Positions 28,956 to 38,041 of a stretch of DNA of 64,000 nt are shown here, one piece after another. The notes beneath the pieces are model-generated. The model made no database searches. It was not told the origin of the DNA and worked only from the letters and a program-made list of their open reading frames with translations. The position numbers and the translations under genes are program-made. Source of the DNA: a virus (Duplodnaviria > Caudoviricetes); IMG/VR virus record IMGVR_UViG_3300027747_002427; one strand, given 5' to 3'. The stretch's first letter is position 1; each line of letters starts with the position of its first letter.

Positions 28956-29466
28956 TAAATTCTTTTACTTCTTCATCTATAATAGGATTACCTTCATGGA
29001 GAATATCTGAAACGGTTTTATACAAATCAAAAGCTTTACGCTCAAAGAAATTTGTAGCTTTCTCAAATCCTAATGTATCAATCCAACAATTCATTTGAGG
29101 ATATTGAGGAGCAGCATGAAAGATACACCCATTATGAAAATTACCAATCCAACAAAGAAGAAAGATAGCTCCCTTAAGCTCTTTATCTTTAACCATATAT
29201 TCAAAGAAAACTGCTCTTTCTTCTGGAGCCTTGCCTACATAACGATTTAATTTAGTAATGTATTCTCCATCTAAAAAGATAATAGAACGACCTTTGGATG
29301 TTGTATGATCCTTTAATGCTTTGACATTATTATCATTCATATAGACCTTACGCAAGGTAGGCCATTTTACATTTACACCCCTCGTAGAAAAGAATGGCGA
29401 CTCCTGTAAAGGCTGTCGATTCATTGATACTTTTTTATTTTGACGAAGGTCTAATGTATTACTCAT
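28930..29466 (-). CDS. Hypothetical protein
   Basis: 178-aa ORF with its own promoter. Confidence 0.7.
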   Translation of the reverse strand: MSNTLDLRQNKKVSMNRQPLQESPFFSTRGVNVKWPTLRKVYMNDNNVKALKDHTTSKGRSIIFLDGEYITKLNRYVGKAPEERAVFFEYMVKDKELKGAIFLLCWIGNFHNGCIFHAAPQYPQMNCWIDTLGFEKATNFFERKAFDLYKTVSDILHEGNPIIDEEVKEFIENGIKVV

Positions 29467-29472
29467 ACATTA

Positions 29473-29501
29473 ATAGTATGATATAATAAGAGGAAAACCA
29501 A
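29473..29501 (-). promoter_or_regulatory. sigma70-type promoter TTGGTT-N17-TACTAT, 6 nt before ATG 29466
   Basis: Read from reverse complement. Confidence 0.5.
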
Positions 29502-29509
29502 GAAAAATC

Positions 29510-30826
29510 TTACACCTTTTGATCCAAATTATTAGCAATCAATATAGGACTCTTTTTATTTCTCTCTTCTGAACCCCATTCTGTAAAGTATAAAGCCTCA
29601 TATTCATCTAAGTGATCTTCTAACCAAAGACCCTCAGCAAATTTACGACCCTTATCTGAAAGGTTCATATAACGATCAAAATCTGAAGTAATGTATTCTA
29701 ATTGTTGAATAAGATCTGATCCATTTTTAAAGCTAATATCTGCACCTTCATAAGTGCAAATATCTTGGAAAACTCCTGGCATACCAAATGCTCCTGCTTC
29801 AATCATCTTAATATTACTCTTAGACTTATTAAATACATTATCTTGTAAAGCTGCAAATGATACATTGCACTTAGCATCATAGATACCTTGTGGATAATCT
29901 GGAAGAGCTGACCAATCAATGTATTCCATTTCTCCATTATCAATATATGGCTTCAAAGCTAATGGATAACATCCTTTCCAAACAAATTTAAATTTCTTAC
30001 GAGCCTTGATGATTTCCTGTACTACATGAGCAAAATCATCATTCATTCCTGTTCTATTGATTACATCAATGTGAGTGCCAGACCCAGCATAAAGAACTCT
30101 AGGACGCTTTTTGTTCTTTTCGTAAAGATCAATAACGTGTTGTTTATTATAAAATCTATCAAGCCAAGACTTAGGAGCATAATTTGGAATAACTGTAATC
30201 TTTTTATTACCTGTCTTATTGATGTAATAATCTTTCATGTATTGGCATGTGACGGTTATTTCATCCATCATTTCCATAATACCCAATATACTCTTAACAA
30301 TACTTTCATCTACAAATGCATCTTTGCATCTATTATAATCTGGGATATCATCTTTAAAAACAATATCATCCACTTCATAAAGCAAACGGAATCCCATTTC
30401 TTTACTAGCCTTTTTAAGTTCTGTAATAAACTGCTTCTGCATTGGCGTAGCCTGTCTTTGCATTCTAATAGCTTTAATGCCTTGATAAAAACGAATATCC
30501 ATTACCATGCATGTCAAACCGGAAATACAAGCTTTTTGATATTGATTCAAAGCAAATTCTGGCCAAATCATTCTCCAGAAACCACAACCACCGTAATCTG
30601 CATAGTAGTTTAAAGCTCTTGGTAAACTGGTTTCTGGCATCTCTAATGGTGGTGGTCCAGGAACCTGTACTGGATTAATAGCTACATAAGAGTATGAAGG
30701 CATTCCAGGAGGAAGAGCTGGTGGATTGTGAGGGAAGCCACCATTAATAGCTTTATATTCAAACACAATTTTATTTTTAGTGTCTATAGGTTGAGAGATC
30801 TCTGGAGTCTTTATTTTTAAAGCCAT
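29510..30826 (-). CDS. GT-B fold glycosyltransferase with Pro-rich N-terminus
   Basis: GCGFWRMIWP, YEVDDIVF, VTCQYMKDYY..VIPNY, VLYAGSGTH, FNKSKSNIKMIEAGAFG. Confidence 0.8.
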   Translation of the reverse strand: MALKIKTPEISQPIDTKNKIVFEYKAINGGFPHNPPALPPGMPSYSYVAINPVQVPGPPPLEMPETSLPRALNYYADYGGCGFWRMIWPEFALNQYQKACISGLTCMVMDIRFYQGIKAIRMQRQATPMQKQFITELKKASKEMGFRLLYEVDDIVFKDDIPDYNRCKDAFVDESIVKSILGIMEMMDEITVTCQYMKDYYINKTGNKKITVIPNYAPKSWLDRFYNKQHVIDLYEKNKKRPRVLYAGSGTHIDVINRTGMNDDFAHVVQEIIKARKKFKFVWKGCYPLALKPYIDNGEMEYIDWSALPDYPQGIYDAKCNVSFAALQDNVFNKSKSNIKMIEAGAFGMPGVFQDICTYEGADISFKNGSDLIQQLEYITSDFDRYMNLSDKGRKFAEGLWLEDHLDEYEALYFTEWGSEERNKKSPILIANNLDQKV

Positions 30827-30859
30827 ATATTAAATTTATAAACTATTGTTAAAAGGCAA

Positions 30860-31630
30860 TTAAACTTTAAGAGCTTTGTTCCAAATTAACAATTGTAATC
30901 TTGGGCTAAAATTAACATGCATTGCCTTAGCATACTCTGCTACTGCTGGTGCTCTTTCTACGTGCTCTTCTCTAGAACCACAGCAAGGCATAAACCAAAT
31001 GCGATTAAGTGGTATATTAATACCATTGTTATCTTTAACATATTTCTCCCAAATCTCTTCAATGTCTTCTGCAACATTAATAACAAACTTAAATCCTGAT
31101 CCATTGCTTACATGCCATTTAAGAACTTCTGGCTTGTAAGTCTTATCTTCAGGATCACCATTTGAACGAAGCTTGGGAGATGTAGTAAATGTAGCCCCAA
31201 AAGCTTTCCACTCTGGAGCTGGTGTTAGTGTAGCATTAGTTTCAAAATCTATGCGAGGCACAATTTCATATCTCGCTATAAAGGATCTAATAAATTTGAT
31301 TAATTGATTTTGCTGAATAAGAGGTTCTCCTCCTGTAAGCTTTAGAATTGCTCCATTACGAAGATGTTCTATATAGTTATTATCTTCCATAAGTTGGAAG
31401 ATTTCTGCAAATGTCATCTTATTCTTTACAGACCAAGAAATAAATGAATCACATCCGTTAGGTGAATCTTCAGAAGCAAAACCAATGCATGTAAGATTAC
31501 ACATAGACATACGCATAAAGACCGAAGGTACGCCTACATATTCTCCTTCTCCTTCTATGGTATAAAATACTTTATCATCTGATAGGAATAAGGTTTCTTG
31601 GTTAATGTCAATTAAAGAATTCATTGTCAT
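30860..31630 (-). CDS. queE: 7-carboxy-7-deazaguanine synthase (radical SAM)
   Basis: FYTIEGEGEYVGVPSVFMRMSMCNLTC...CDS, LTGGEPL, FETNAT, SPKL, KFVI, FSPRLQLLIW. Confidence 0.9.
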   Translation of the reverse strand: MTMNSLIDINQETLFLSDDKVFYTIEGEGEYVGVPSVFMRMSMCNLTCIGFASEDSPNGCDSFISWSVKNKMTFAEIFQLMEDNNYIEHLRNGAILKLTGGEPLIQQNQLIKFIRSFIARYEIVPRIDFETNATLTPAPEWKAFGATFTTSPKLRSNGDPEDKTYKPEVLKWHVSNGSGFKFVINVAEDIEEIWEKYVKDNNGINIPLNRIWFMPCCGSREEHVERAPAVAEYAKAMHVNFSPRLQLLIWNKALKV

Positions 31631-31643
31631 ATTTTAGTATATT

Positions 31644-33455
31644 TTAAACTAACATCAACCTTGTTTTACCATTTATCTTTTCTAATTGAATGATGTTATC
31701 TAACCCGTTCTTGATAACGGATTTGTTGTGAGAGACTATATAAACACTTTCGTCATAGTCTTCAACTCTTGTTTTTAAAATTTCCAATATCTTTTCTGCT
31801 CCCTTCTCATCTACTGCAGAATCTAATAATTCATCATACATACTAAGAGAAAAGGATGTCCCGGTTTGTGTTCTTAATACATCTTGAAACATAAAGAGAA
31901 TAGCTAAATCAATTCTTTTACGCTCTCCTCCACTAAAATTAAAATATGAACATTCTTTGCCTTGATCATTGTATATGGATTCTTCAAATATCTCATTAAA
32001 TTCACACTTACAAGGAGCTTCTAGAATTTGTAAATAATGATTAAGTCTAGAATTTAAAAGATTTAACATCTTTTTAATAATGTATGTCTTTACACCTTCT
32101 TCCGAAACAACATATTTGGCTGTATCTAAAATGGTTAATTTCTTTTGTATTACTTGTATTTGTTTTTCAGATTCTAAAATTTCAGTTTCTACATTATCTA
32201 TAAGCTCCAATACACCATCTTTTTCATTTCTTAGAGTGGAGATTTCTTCAAGAATTTCTACATTTCTTTTTTCTAATTGGCTCAATTCTTGTATAGCAAG
32301 AGCTAAATCACCCTTATCTTTATTGAGAGCCTTTATTTTTTGTTTAGTAGATGTAATAGCTGATTCTACTTTGGTTTCTTTTTTATTTAAATCTTCTAGA
32401 ATCTTTCTCAAAGGTTCTTTTTTATCTTGAAGGGGTATTAATTTATCTTCTATTTCTTTTAAACAATCTTCTAAATTAGCATTTTCATCATACTTTCTTT
32501 TACAAGTAGGACAAGATGAATCTGTTTTTAATTTTTCTTTTTGCTTTTCTAAAGTTTTAGATTCATAATTAATTTGTAAAAGTTCTGTATTAGTATCAGA
32601 AGCAGACTTTTTAACCTTCTTTAAGCCCTCTTCAAGAGCTTCGAGATCAGATTCTTTGCTCTGTATCTCTTTGTCCAAATCATTAATTCTTCCATTCACT
32701 GAATCTTGATTCGATACATTTTTAATCTTTTGGTTATTAGCTTCTATTTTATCTTTTAAAGCTAATATTTTATTATTTTTAACTTCTTCATTTTTATCTG
32801 CTTGGCTCTTATATAGTTTTAAATTTCTTTGTTGATCTATAAATTTAGATCCAATTATATCATTTTCTTTTTTAATATCATTATAATCTGATCTTGCCTG
32901 TAAAAGCATTTGACCAAAAATACCTAAATTTAAAATACCTTCTACAAATTTTCTTTTGTCTACCTTCTTTTGTGCCATGAAAGGTAAGGTATTATTAGCT
33001 GTCATAATGACCGCATTTTGAAATACCTCTTCATTAGCTCCTATTAATTCTTTGATATATTCATTGGTCTCAGGCATTGTTGAGTGCGTCATGTCTACAT
33101 CTTTTTGATCAACATGAGAAAATACACTCACTTTACTTGGTTCTAATGATCTCTTAATAGTATAAGGAATAGTTTGACTGCCATTAAAAATATTAAAACT
33201 TAAAATCACTTCACAACCTTTTTTAGTTTGATGGTGTATAATTTTATCTTTTTTAATATCTCTCATGGTGACTCCAAATAAACACCAATATAAAGATTCA
33301 ATCACAGTGCTTTTACCTACACCATTACGACCTCCCTTATCACGATTTTCTCCAGTAATAAGGTTAACACCTTTTTGAAAAGATATCTCTAGAGGATCTT
33401 CTCCTACGGAAAGAAAATTTTGTATTTTGACACTATTAAAAATAACGCTTCTCAT
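31644..33455 (-). CDS. SMC-like recombination nuclease ATPase (gp46/SbcC)
   Basis: GRNGVGKST, coiled coil with CPTC hook, FSGGE, YDELLD. Confidence 0.95.
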   Translation of the reverse strand: MRSVIFNSVKIQNFLSVGEDPLEISFQKGVNLITGENRDKGGRNGVGKSTVIESLYWCLFGVTMRDIKKDKIIHHQTKKGCEVILSFNIFNGSQTIPYTIKRSLEPSKVSVFSHVDQKDVDMTHSTMPETNEYIKELIGANEEVFQNAVIMTANNTLPFMAQKKVDKRKFVEGILNLGIFGQMLLQARSDYNDIKKENDIIGSKFIDQQRNLKLYKSQADKNEEVKNNKILALKDKIEANNQKIKNVSNQDSVNGRINDLDKEIQSKESDLEALEEGLKKVKKSASDTNTELLQINYESKTLEKQKEKLKTDSSCPTCKRKYDENANLEDCLKEIEDKLIPLQDKKEPLRKILEDLNKKETKVESAITSTKQKIKALNKDKGDLALAIQELSQLEKRNVEILEEISTLRNEKDGVLELIDNVETEILESEKQIQVIQKKLTILDTAKYVVSEEGVKTYIIKKMLNLLNSRLNHYLQILEAPCKCEFNEIFEESIYNDQGKECSYFNFSGGERKRIDLAILFMFQDVLRTQTGTSFSLSMYDELLDSAVDEKGAEKILEILKTRVEDYDESVYIVSHNKSVIKNGLDNIIQLEKINGKTRLMLV

Positions 33456-34363
33456 TTATTTTCTAAAATCCAATTTTTAACATCTATGGTAGGTTTGTAA
33501 TTTAAATATTTTTGAGCTTCTGTTATATCAGCTAATGTATGTTCTGCTTCACCAGCTCTTGCTGGAATATATTCAATATTATTATCGATAAGTCTAGCTA
33601 TATCTTTTATTGATATATTTTGACCGGTTCCTATATTGTAAAGATTTCTACCTTCATGGGTTTCTGTCTCTGCTGCTAATATATTAACGTTTGCTATATC
33701 ATATACATGAACAAAATCTCTACATTGTTCTCCATTTCCTACTATTGTTAAAGGTTCTTTATTAGCTTTCTGACGTAAAAATATTCCTATAACCGGAGCA
33801 TAAGGACCTGTTCGAGGACTTCTTTCACCGAAAACATTAAAGTAACGAAATACAATTGTTTTCAATCCAAACATTTTTGTATACATTTCTACCATTTGTT
33901 CTCCGGAATATTTTGTAGCAGAATAAGGATTTAAACAATCTATTGGTTCGTTTTCATCTGTAGGTAATTTACATAAATTACCATAAACTGAGGATGTAGA
34001 TGAATATATAAACTTCTCTATATTGTATAATCTACTATATTGAAGCATCTTAGTAGTGCCAACAGCATTTATTTCTACAGCTCTTATTGGATTAAGAATA
34101 GCTGGTCCTATTCTAGACTCAGCTGCAAGATGAAAAACATATTTTACATTTTCAAAAATCTCTTTATGAGGCAAAGAATCATCATTGATATCAAATTTGT
34201 AATATGTTGCTAAATTATTAAAGTAAAATTTTTCATTAGACTCTGCTGAAAGATTGTCTATAACAAGAACTTCATAACCCTTTTCCAGGAGTTTATCTAC
34301 TAAATGACTTCCTATAAAGCCGCATCCTCCGGTTACTACTACTTTATTTTTTAAATTGCTCAT
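33452..34363 (-). CDS. NAD-dependent nucleotide-sugar epimerase/dehydratase
   Basis: TGGCGFIGS, SSTSSVYG, YSATK, RYFNVFG. Confidence 0.93.
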   Translation of the reverse strand: MSNLKNKVVVTGGCGFIGSHLVDKLLEKGYEVLVIDNLSAESNEKFYFNNLATYYKFDINDDSLPHKEIFENVKYVFHLAAESRIGPAILNPIRAVEINAVGTTKMLQYSRLYNIEKFIYSSTSSVYGNLCKLPTDENEPIDCLNPYSATKYSGEQMVEMYTKMFGLKTIVFRYFNVFGERSPRTGPYAPVIGIFLRQKANKEPLTIVGNGEQCRDFVHVYDIANVNILAAETETHEGRNLYNIGTGQNISIKDIARLIDNNIEYIPARAGEAEHTLADITEAQKYLNYKPTIDVKNWILENK

Positions 34364-35075
34364 GTATTAATGTTTTAAATTTAGTTGTACTCCATCCATG
34401 ATCTCTGTTTATAAAAACTTCTGGTATGTTTAAATCTTTACCAGTATAATCTCTTTCTCTGTAATCATCACCCATGATTCTTATATCAAAAGAATTTTCT
34501 TTTAAAATATTATAAAGATCCTTTTCCGTTTTATAAACAATTATATCATTAATATACCTTATAGAAGACAAAATTTCAACTCTTTCTTCTACAGAATGAA
34601 TAGGTTTAATTTTTTCTGAGCGATCTAATGAAGGATCTTCATGGAGTAAAATAGTGAGATGATCACAATAATTCTTTGCTTCTTTAAATGCTTGAATATA
34701 ACCAAAATGAATTACATCAAAAGACCCTATCAATACACCTTTCTTTTGATTTATAGGTTTAAAATATGAATCACTATGAATTGCTTTATCATCTATAAAA
34801 AAGTCATAAGGAGGTTTGCCTAATATTAATTCATGATATTTTAATCCCCAATAATTTAATTGGTTTTTTGTAAGTTGGTAATACTTGTCTAACACTAAAG
34901 CTAGATTACCTTTAAATTCTGTGGTACCCCTTGCAGTATATATTTTTATATAATGACCCTTATCATAAAGATCATTAACTATTTTTATGCGTTCTAAAAT
35001 AGGTTCTGCATTGATGTAGCCTTTACTTTTAGTAATACATAAAGTATTATCCAAATCAAAACAATATATTTCCAT
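34344..35075 (-). CDS. Fusion: HAD phosphatase (capsule-biosynthesis type) plus HIGH-family nucleotidyltransferase
   Basis: N-half FDLDNT...YTARG...GKP..DFFIDDKA; C-half GSFDVIHFGY...KPIHSVEERVEIL. Confidence 0.85.
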   Translation of the reverse strand: MEIYCFDLDNTLCITKSKGYINAEPILERIKIVNDLYDKGHYIKIYTARGTTEFKGNLALVLDKYYQLTKNQLNYWGLKYHELILGKPPYDFFIDDKAIHSDSYFKPINQKKGVLIGSFDVIHFGYIQAFKEAKNYCDHLTILLHEDPSLDRSEKIKPIHSVEERVEILSSIRYINDIIVYKTEKDLYNILKENSFDIRIMGDDYRERDYTGKDLNIPEVFINRDHGWSTTKFKTLIHEQFKK

Positions 35076-35076
35076 A

Positions 35077-36060
35077 TTAATTAGTAAAATTACCTAAGAT
35101 CATAGACCCGTGATTATCTAATCCAAAATGCAATCTAGGGAATCCATTATCATTCATAAAAGCATCTAATTTGTCTTGATTATTAGGACAATATAATAAT
35201 AAAAATCCACCACCACCAGCTCCAATTATTTTTCCACCTAGTACATTAAAGTATTTCTTGGTATGTTCATAAATGTTATCTACAATAGGTACAGAAATCT
35301 TATTAGATAATTGTTTTTTAAGTTGCCAATACTCATCCATTAAAGAACCATAGGATATAAAATCACCTTCTCTTAGATATGAGATTGTTTTTAATCCATG
35401 TTCTTTAACTATTTTTAAAATGTCTTCTGAATTACCTTTAAGTTTCTGTTGATCTGAAAGTACTTCTGATGCATCTCTCTTAATGTTTAAATAATAAACA
35501 CACAAATGTGATACAAAATTATTAATCAAGCTTTGATTTAATTTTAAATCTTCTACATTTACTTTACCTTCTGTATCTATGTTAAGAATTTTTATTCCTC
35601 CATATGCTGCTATATATTGATCCTGTTTACCTACTGGTTCTTTGAGTCTATTAATTTCAATATCACAAGCTTCTTCTGCTAGTATATGTGGTTCTCTGTT
35701 AAGTTTTTTATATTCCCTAATGCAATTCAAAGTGCCTACCAAGAAACTGCCAGAAGAACCTAATCCTGTATTGGACGGTAAATCAGCACAGGAATTAATT
35801 TCACAGCTATTATTAATCTTATGAATTAACAATGCTTCCTTGGCTCTATGATTTTTTAATTCTGAAACATCATTTACTATCTCTATTTGAGAGTAACGAA
35901 GCTTTAATTGTTTTTCAAAATGATCTGGTTTATATGTCAAATAGATATATTTGTCTATAGCCATAGATACCACCAATCCTCCGTGCTTAGAATAAAAGCT
36001 TGGTAAATCTGTACCACCACCACCTAATGTTATTCTTAAAGGAGTTCTACTAATAATCAT
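35077..36060 (-). CDS. hddA: GHMP kinase, D-glycero-alpha-D-manno-heptose-7-phosphate kinase-like
   Basis: RTPLRITLGGGGTDLPSFY, DLPSNTGLGSSG, GKQDQY, GGKIIGAGGGGF. Confidence 0.85.
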   Translation of the reverse strand: MIISRTPLRITLGGGGTDLPSFYSKHGGLVVSMAIDKYIYLTYKPDHFEKQLKLRYSQIEIVNDVSELKNHRAKEALLIHKINNSCEINSCADLPSNTGLGSSGSFLVGTLNCIREYKKLNREPHILAEEACDIEINRLKEPVGKQDQYIAAYGGIKILNIDTEGKVNVEDLKLNQSLINNFVSHLCVYYLNIKRDASEVLSDQQKLKGNSEDILKIVKEHGLKTISYLREGDFISYGSLMDEYWQLKKQLSNKISVPIVDNIYEHTKKYFNVLGGKIIGAGGGGFLLLYCPNNQDKLDAFMNDNGFPRLHFGLDNHGSMILGNFTN

Positions 36061-36761
36061 ATGTTCAAATTAGATGATTGTGCATCGTCATAGAACATTT
36101 TAACAGTTTCTAAAGAAAAGTCATCTAAATTTTTATCTTTTAATTTTAATTTAGGTAATATATCTGGGGTTACGGTAATAATATCACAACCGCATTTTTC
36201 TGCTTCGTATACATTATAAACACTACGAGTGCTAGCCCATAAAGTTTTAATAAACGAATTATTATTTTTTAAAAACTTTGAAGTATTTAAAATTATATGA
36301 GTCGGATCTACACCTGTGTCCGAAATTCTTCCAGCAAATATAGAAAGTATAAGAGAATGTTTTGTGTCTATGGATTTATCTAAAATGTTTTTAATTTGTG
36401 CTTCTGTAAAAATAGCTGTAACATTAATGTTTATTCTTTTTTGATTCATTTTATAAATCAAATCAGCTGTAGATTTACCTTTAGTATTTGTTATCGGTAC
36501 TTTAACAAATATATTATTTCCGTATTCTGAAATTTTTTGTATTTGATACTCCATTTCATTTAATTCATCTGCAAAGATTTCAAATGAAAAGGGAAGATCT
36601 GTAATTTTATTAGTTATTTCTTTTATAAAAGGTACATATTCTGTAATTCCAGCCTTTTTCATAAGACTAGGATTAGTAGTAAACCCAGTTACCCTTTTAT
36701 TATTTTCATAAATGTCAAAAATTTCTTTAACATTAGAAGTATCCGCATATATTTCTATCAT
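36057..36761 (-). CDS. tal: Transaldolase (short TalC/FSA type)
   Basis: YADT, GFTTNPSLM, FVKVP (Schiff-base Lys), INVTAIF, SIFAGRI, LWASTR. Confidence 0.92.
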   Translation of the reverse strand: MIEIYADTSNVKEIFDIYENNKRVTGFTTNPSLMKKAGITEYVPFIKEITNKITDLPFSFEIFADELNEMEYQIQKISEYGNNIFVKVPITNTKGKSTADLIYKMNQKRININVTAIFTEAQIKNILDKSIDTKHSLILSIFAGRISDTGVDPTHIILNTSKFLKNNNSFIKTLWASTRSVYNVYEAEKCGCDIITVTPDILPKLKLKDKNLDDFSLETVKMFYDDAQSSNLNI

Positions 36762-37474
36762 ATTAAATTTTTATTGATAAAAAATAACCCGGCTTCTGCT
36801 ACATGAGGAATTAAATGACCTATTTGTGAATTGGTATTACATGAAACTCCTCTTATAGAACGAGTCAAAGGGTCTTCATTTTGCCAAGCTCTAAAGTCAT
36901 TGAAATCTTCTAGAGCTAAATCTCTAAGATATTTAGTTTCTGCTGGATTATATACAAAATTATAAGATGACAATTCATTAATCCAATATTCATCTGTTTG
37001 TTCATTAACATGATGATATCCACCTTGACCTGGAACTGCATGAGTGATTAATAGATATTTACATTGAGCAAAATTTTCAAAAAAGAAATGTCTATATTCT
37101 GCATTGACGTGTTCTACAAATTCAACAGACCAACATAAATCAAAATTTTCATTTAATTTCAAAGAACCCAAAGAATAATCATGAGCTATTATATCATCAG
37201 GATAAAATGAAAGCTTTTGAACCTTTTCAGATCCTTCTACACCTTTAATTTTTAAATTTAAAAAATCTTTAAAATATTTTAAATGAAATCCAAATCCACA
37301 ACCAATATCTAAAACAGATTTAATATAATATTTGTTTACAATATATCTCCACATTTTAGGACATTCTGTGCCTGGATCTCCTAATAAATTACACCCACCT
37401 AAATGTCCATCCTTAAATGTAACATTATCTACACATTCTGGATTATTTTCTAAAGCTTTGTTTTGTAAATTCAT
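36758..37474 (-). CDS. Class I SAM-dependent methyltransferase
   Basis: SVLDIGCGFG, FDLCWSVEFVEHV, GGYHHVNEQ. Confidence 0.85.
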   Translation of the reverse strand: MNLQNKALENNPECVDNVTFKDGHLGGCNLLGDPGTECPKMWRYIVNKYYIKSVLDIGCGFGFHLKYFKDFLNLKIKGVEGSEKVQKLSFYPDDIIAHDYSLGSLKLNENFDLCWSVEFVEHVNAEYRHFFFENFAQCKYLLITHAVPGQGGYHHVNEQTDEYWINELSSYNFVYNPAETKYLRDLALEDFNDFRAWQNEDPLTRSIRGVSCNTNSQIGHLIPHVAEAGLFFINKNLI

Positions 37475-38040
37475 TTTTGTGTAAAATAATTAACTACTAA
37501 ATGTAAAATAATACCCTGCCATTCTTCTGCATGAGCTGTAATTCTTAAATCATTTATTACTGGTATTAATATACAAGCGTCTGATACTTTTTTCGAATAA
37601 CCACCATCTCTACTAACAACAGACAGTATTTTGCTTTTAACTTTTTTAGCATATTTAATAGCATTTACTAAATTTTTTGAAGTAGTATCAGTTCCTCCAC
37701 CAACAGAAAATACAATTATACCATCTTTAGAAGATAGCTTGCTGCCTCTCAACCAATTAGCATAACTATCCTCCCAAGATTCGTCATTGATTCTTGCGGT
37801 TAATTCAGCTACATTATCTGTTACAGCGTAAGTTTCTATCCCAAGAATTTTTCTAAAATCATTTACGGCATGACTAGCATTAGCAGCACTCCCTCCAACA
37901 CCTAAAATAAACAATCTTCCTTTGCTTTTTTTAATTTTATCTATATTAACAATGAAATTAGATATAGAATCAATATTGATTTGATCTATTATAGATTTGG
38001 TTTCTATAAAATATTGATCTATATATTGATTTAATTTCAT
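37471..38040 (-). CDS. gmhA: SIS-domain sedoheptulose-7-phosphate isomerase
   Basis: GVGGSAANASHAVNDF, ELTARIND, FSVGGG, HAEEWQGIILH; start revised to MKLNQY. Confidence 0.85.
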   Translation of the reverse strand: MKLNQYIDQYFIETKSIIDQINIDSISNFIVNIDKIKKSKGRLFILGVGGSAANASHAVNDFRKILGIETYAVTDNVAELTARINDESWEDSYANWLRGSKLSSKDGIIVFSVGGGTDTTSKNLVNAIKYAKKVKSKILSVVSRDGGYSKKVSDACILIPVINDLRITAHAEEWQGIILHLVVNYFTQK

Positions 38041-38041
38041 A

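Noticed and set aside
27446-32430. + strand ORFs inside polB, the GT-B gene, queE and gp46 (e.g. 30026-30613)
   Set aside because: Fully antisense to well-supported conserved genes; Ile/Phe-rich composition typical of shadows.
36057-36761. Transaldolase as a cyanophage-style talC carbon-metabolism gene implying a cyanobacterial host
   Set aside because: No photosynthesis, cp12, zwf or gnd genes in the window; it is embedded among heptose genes, which explains it better.
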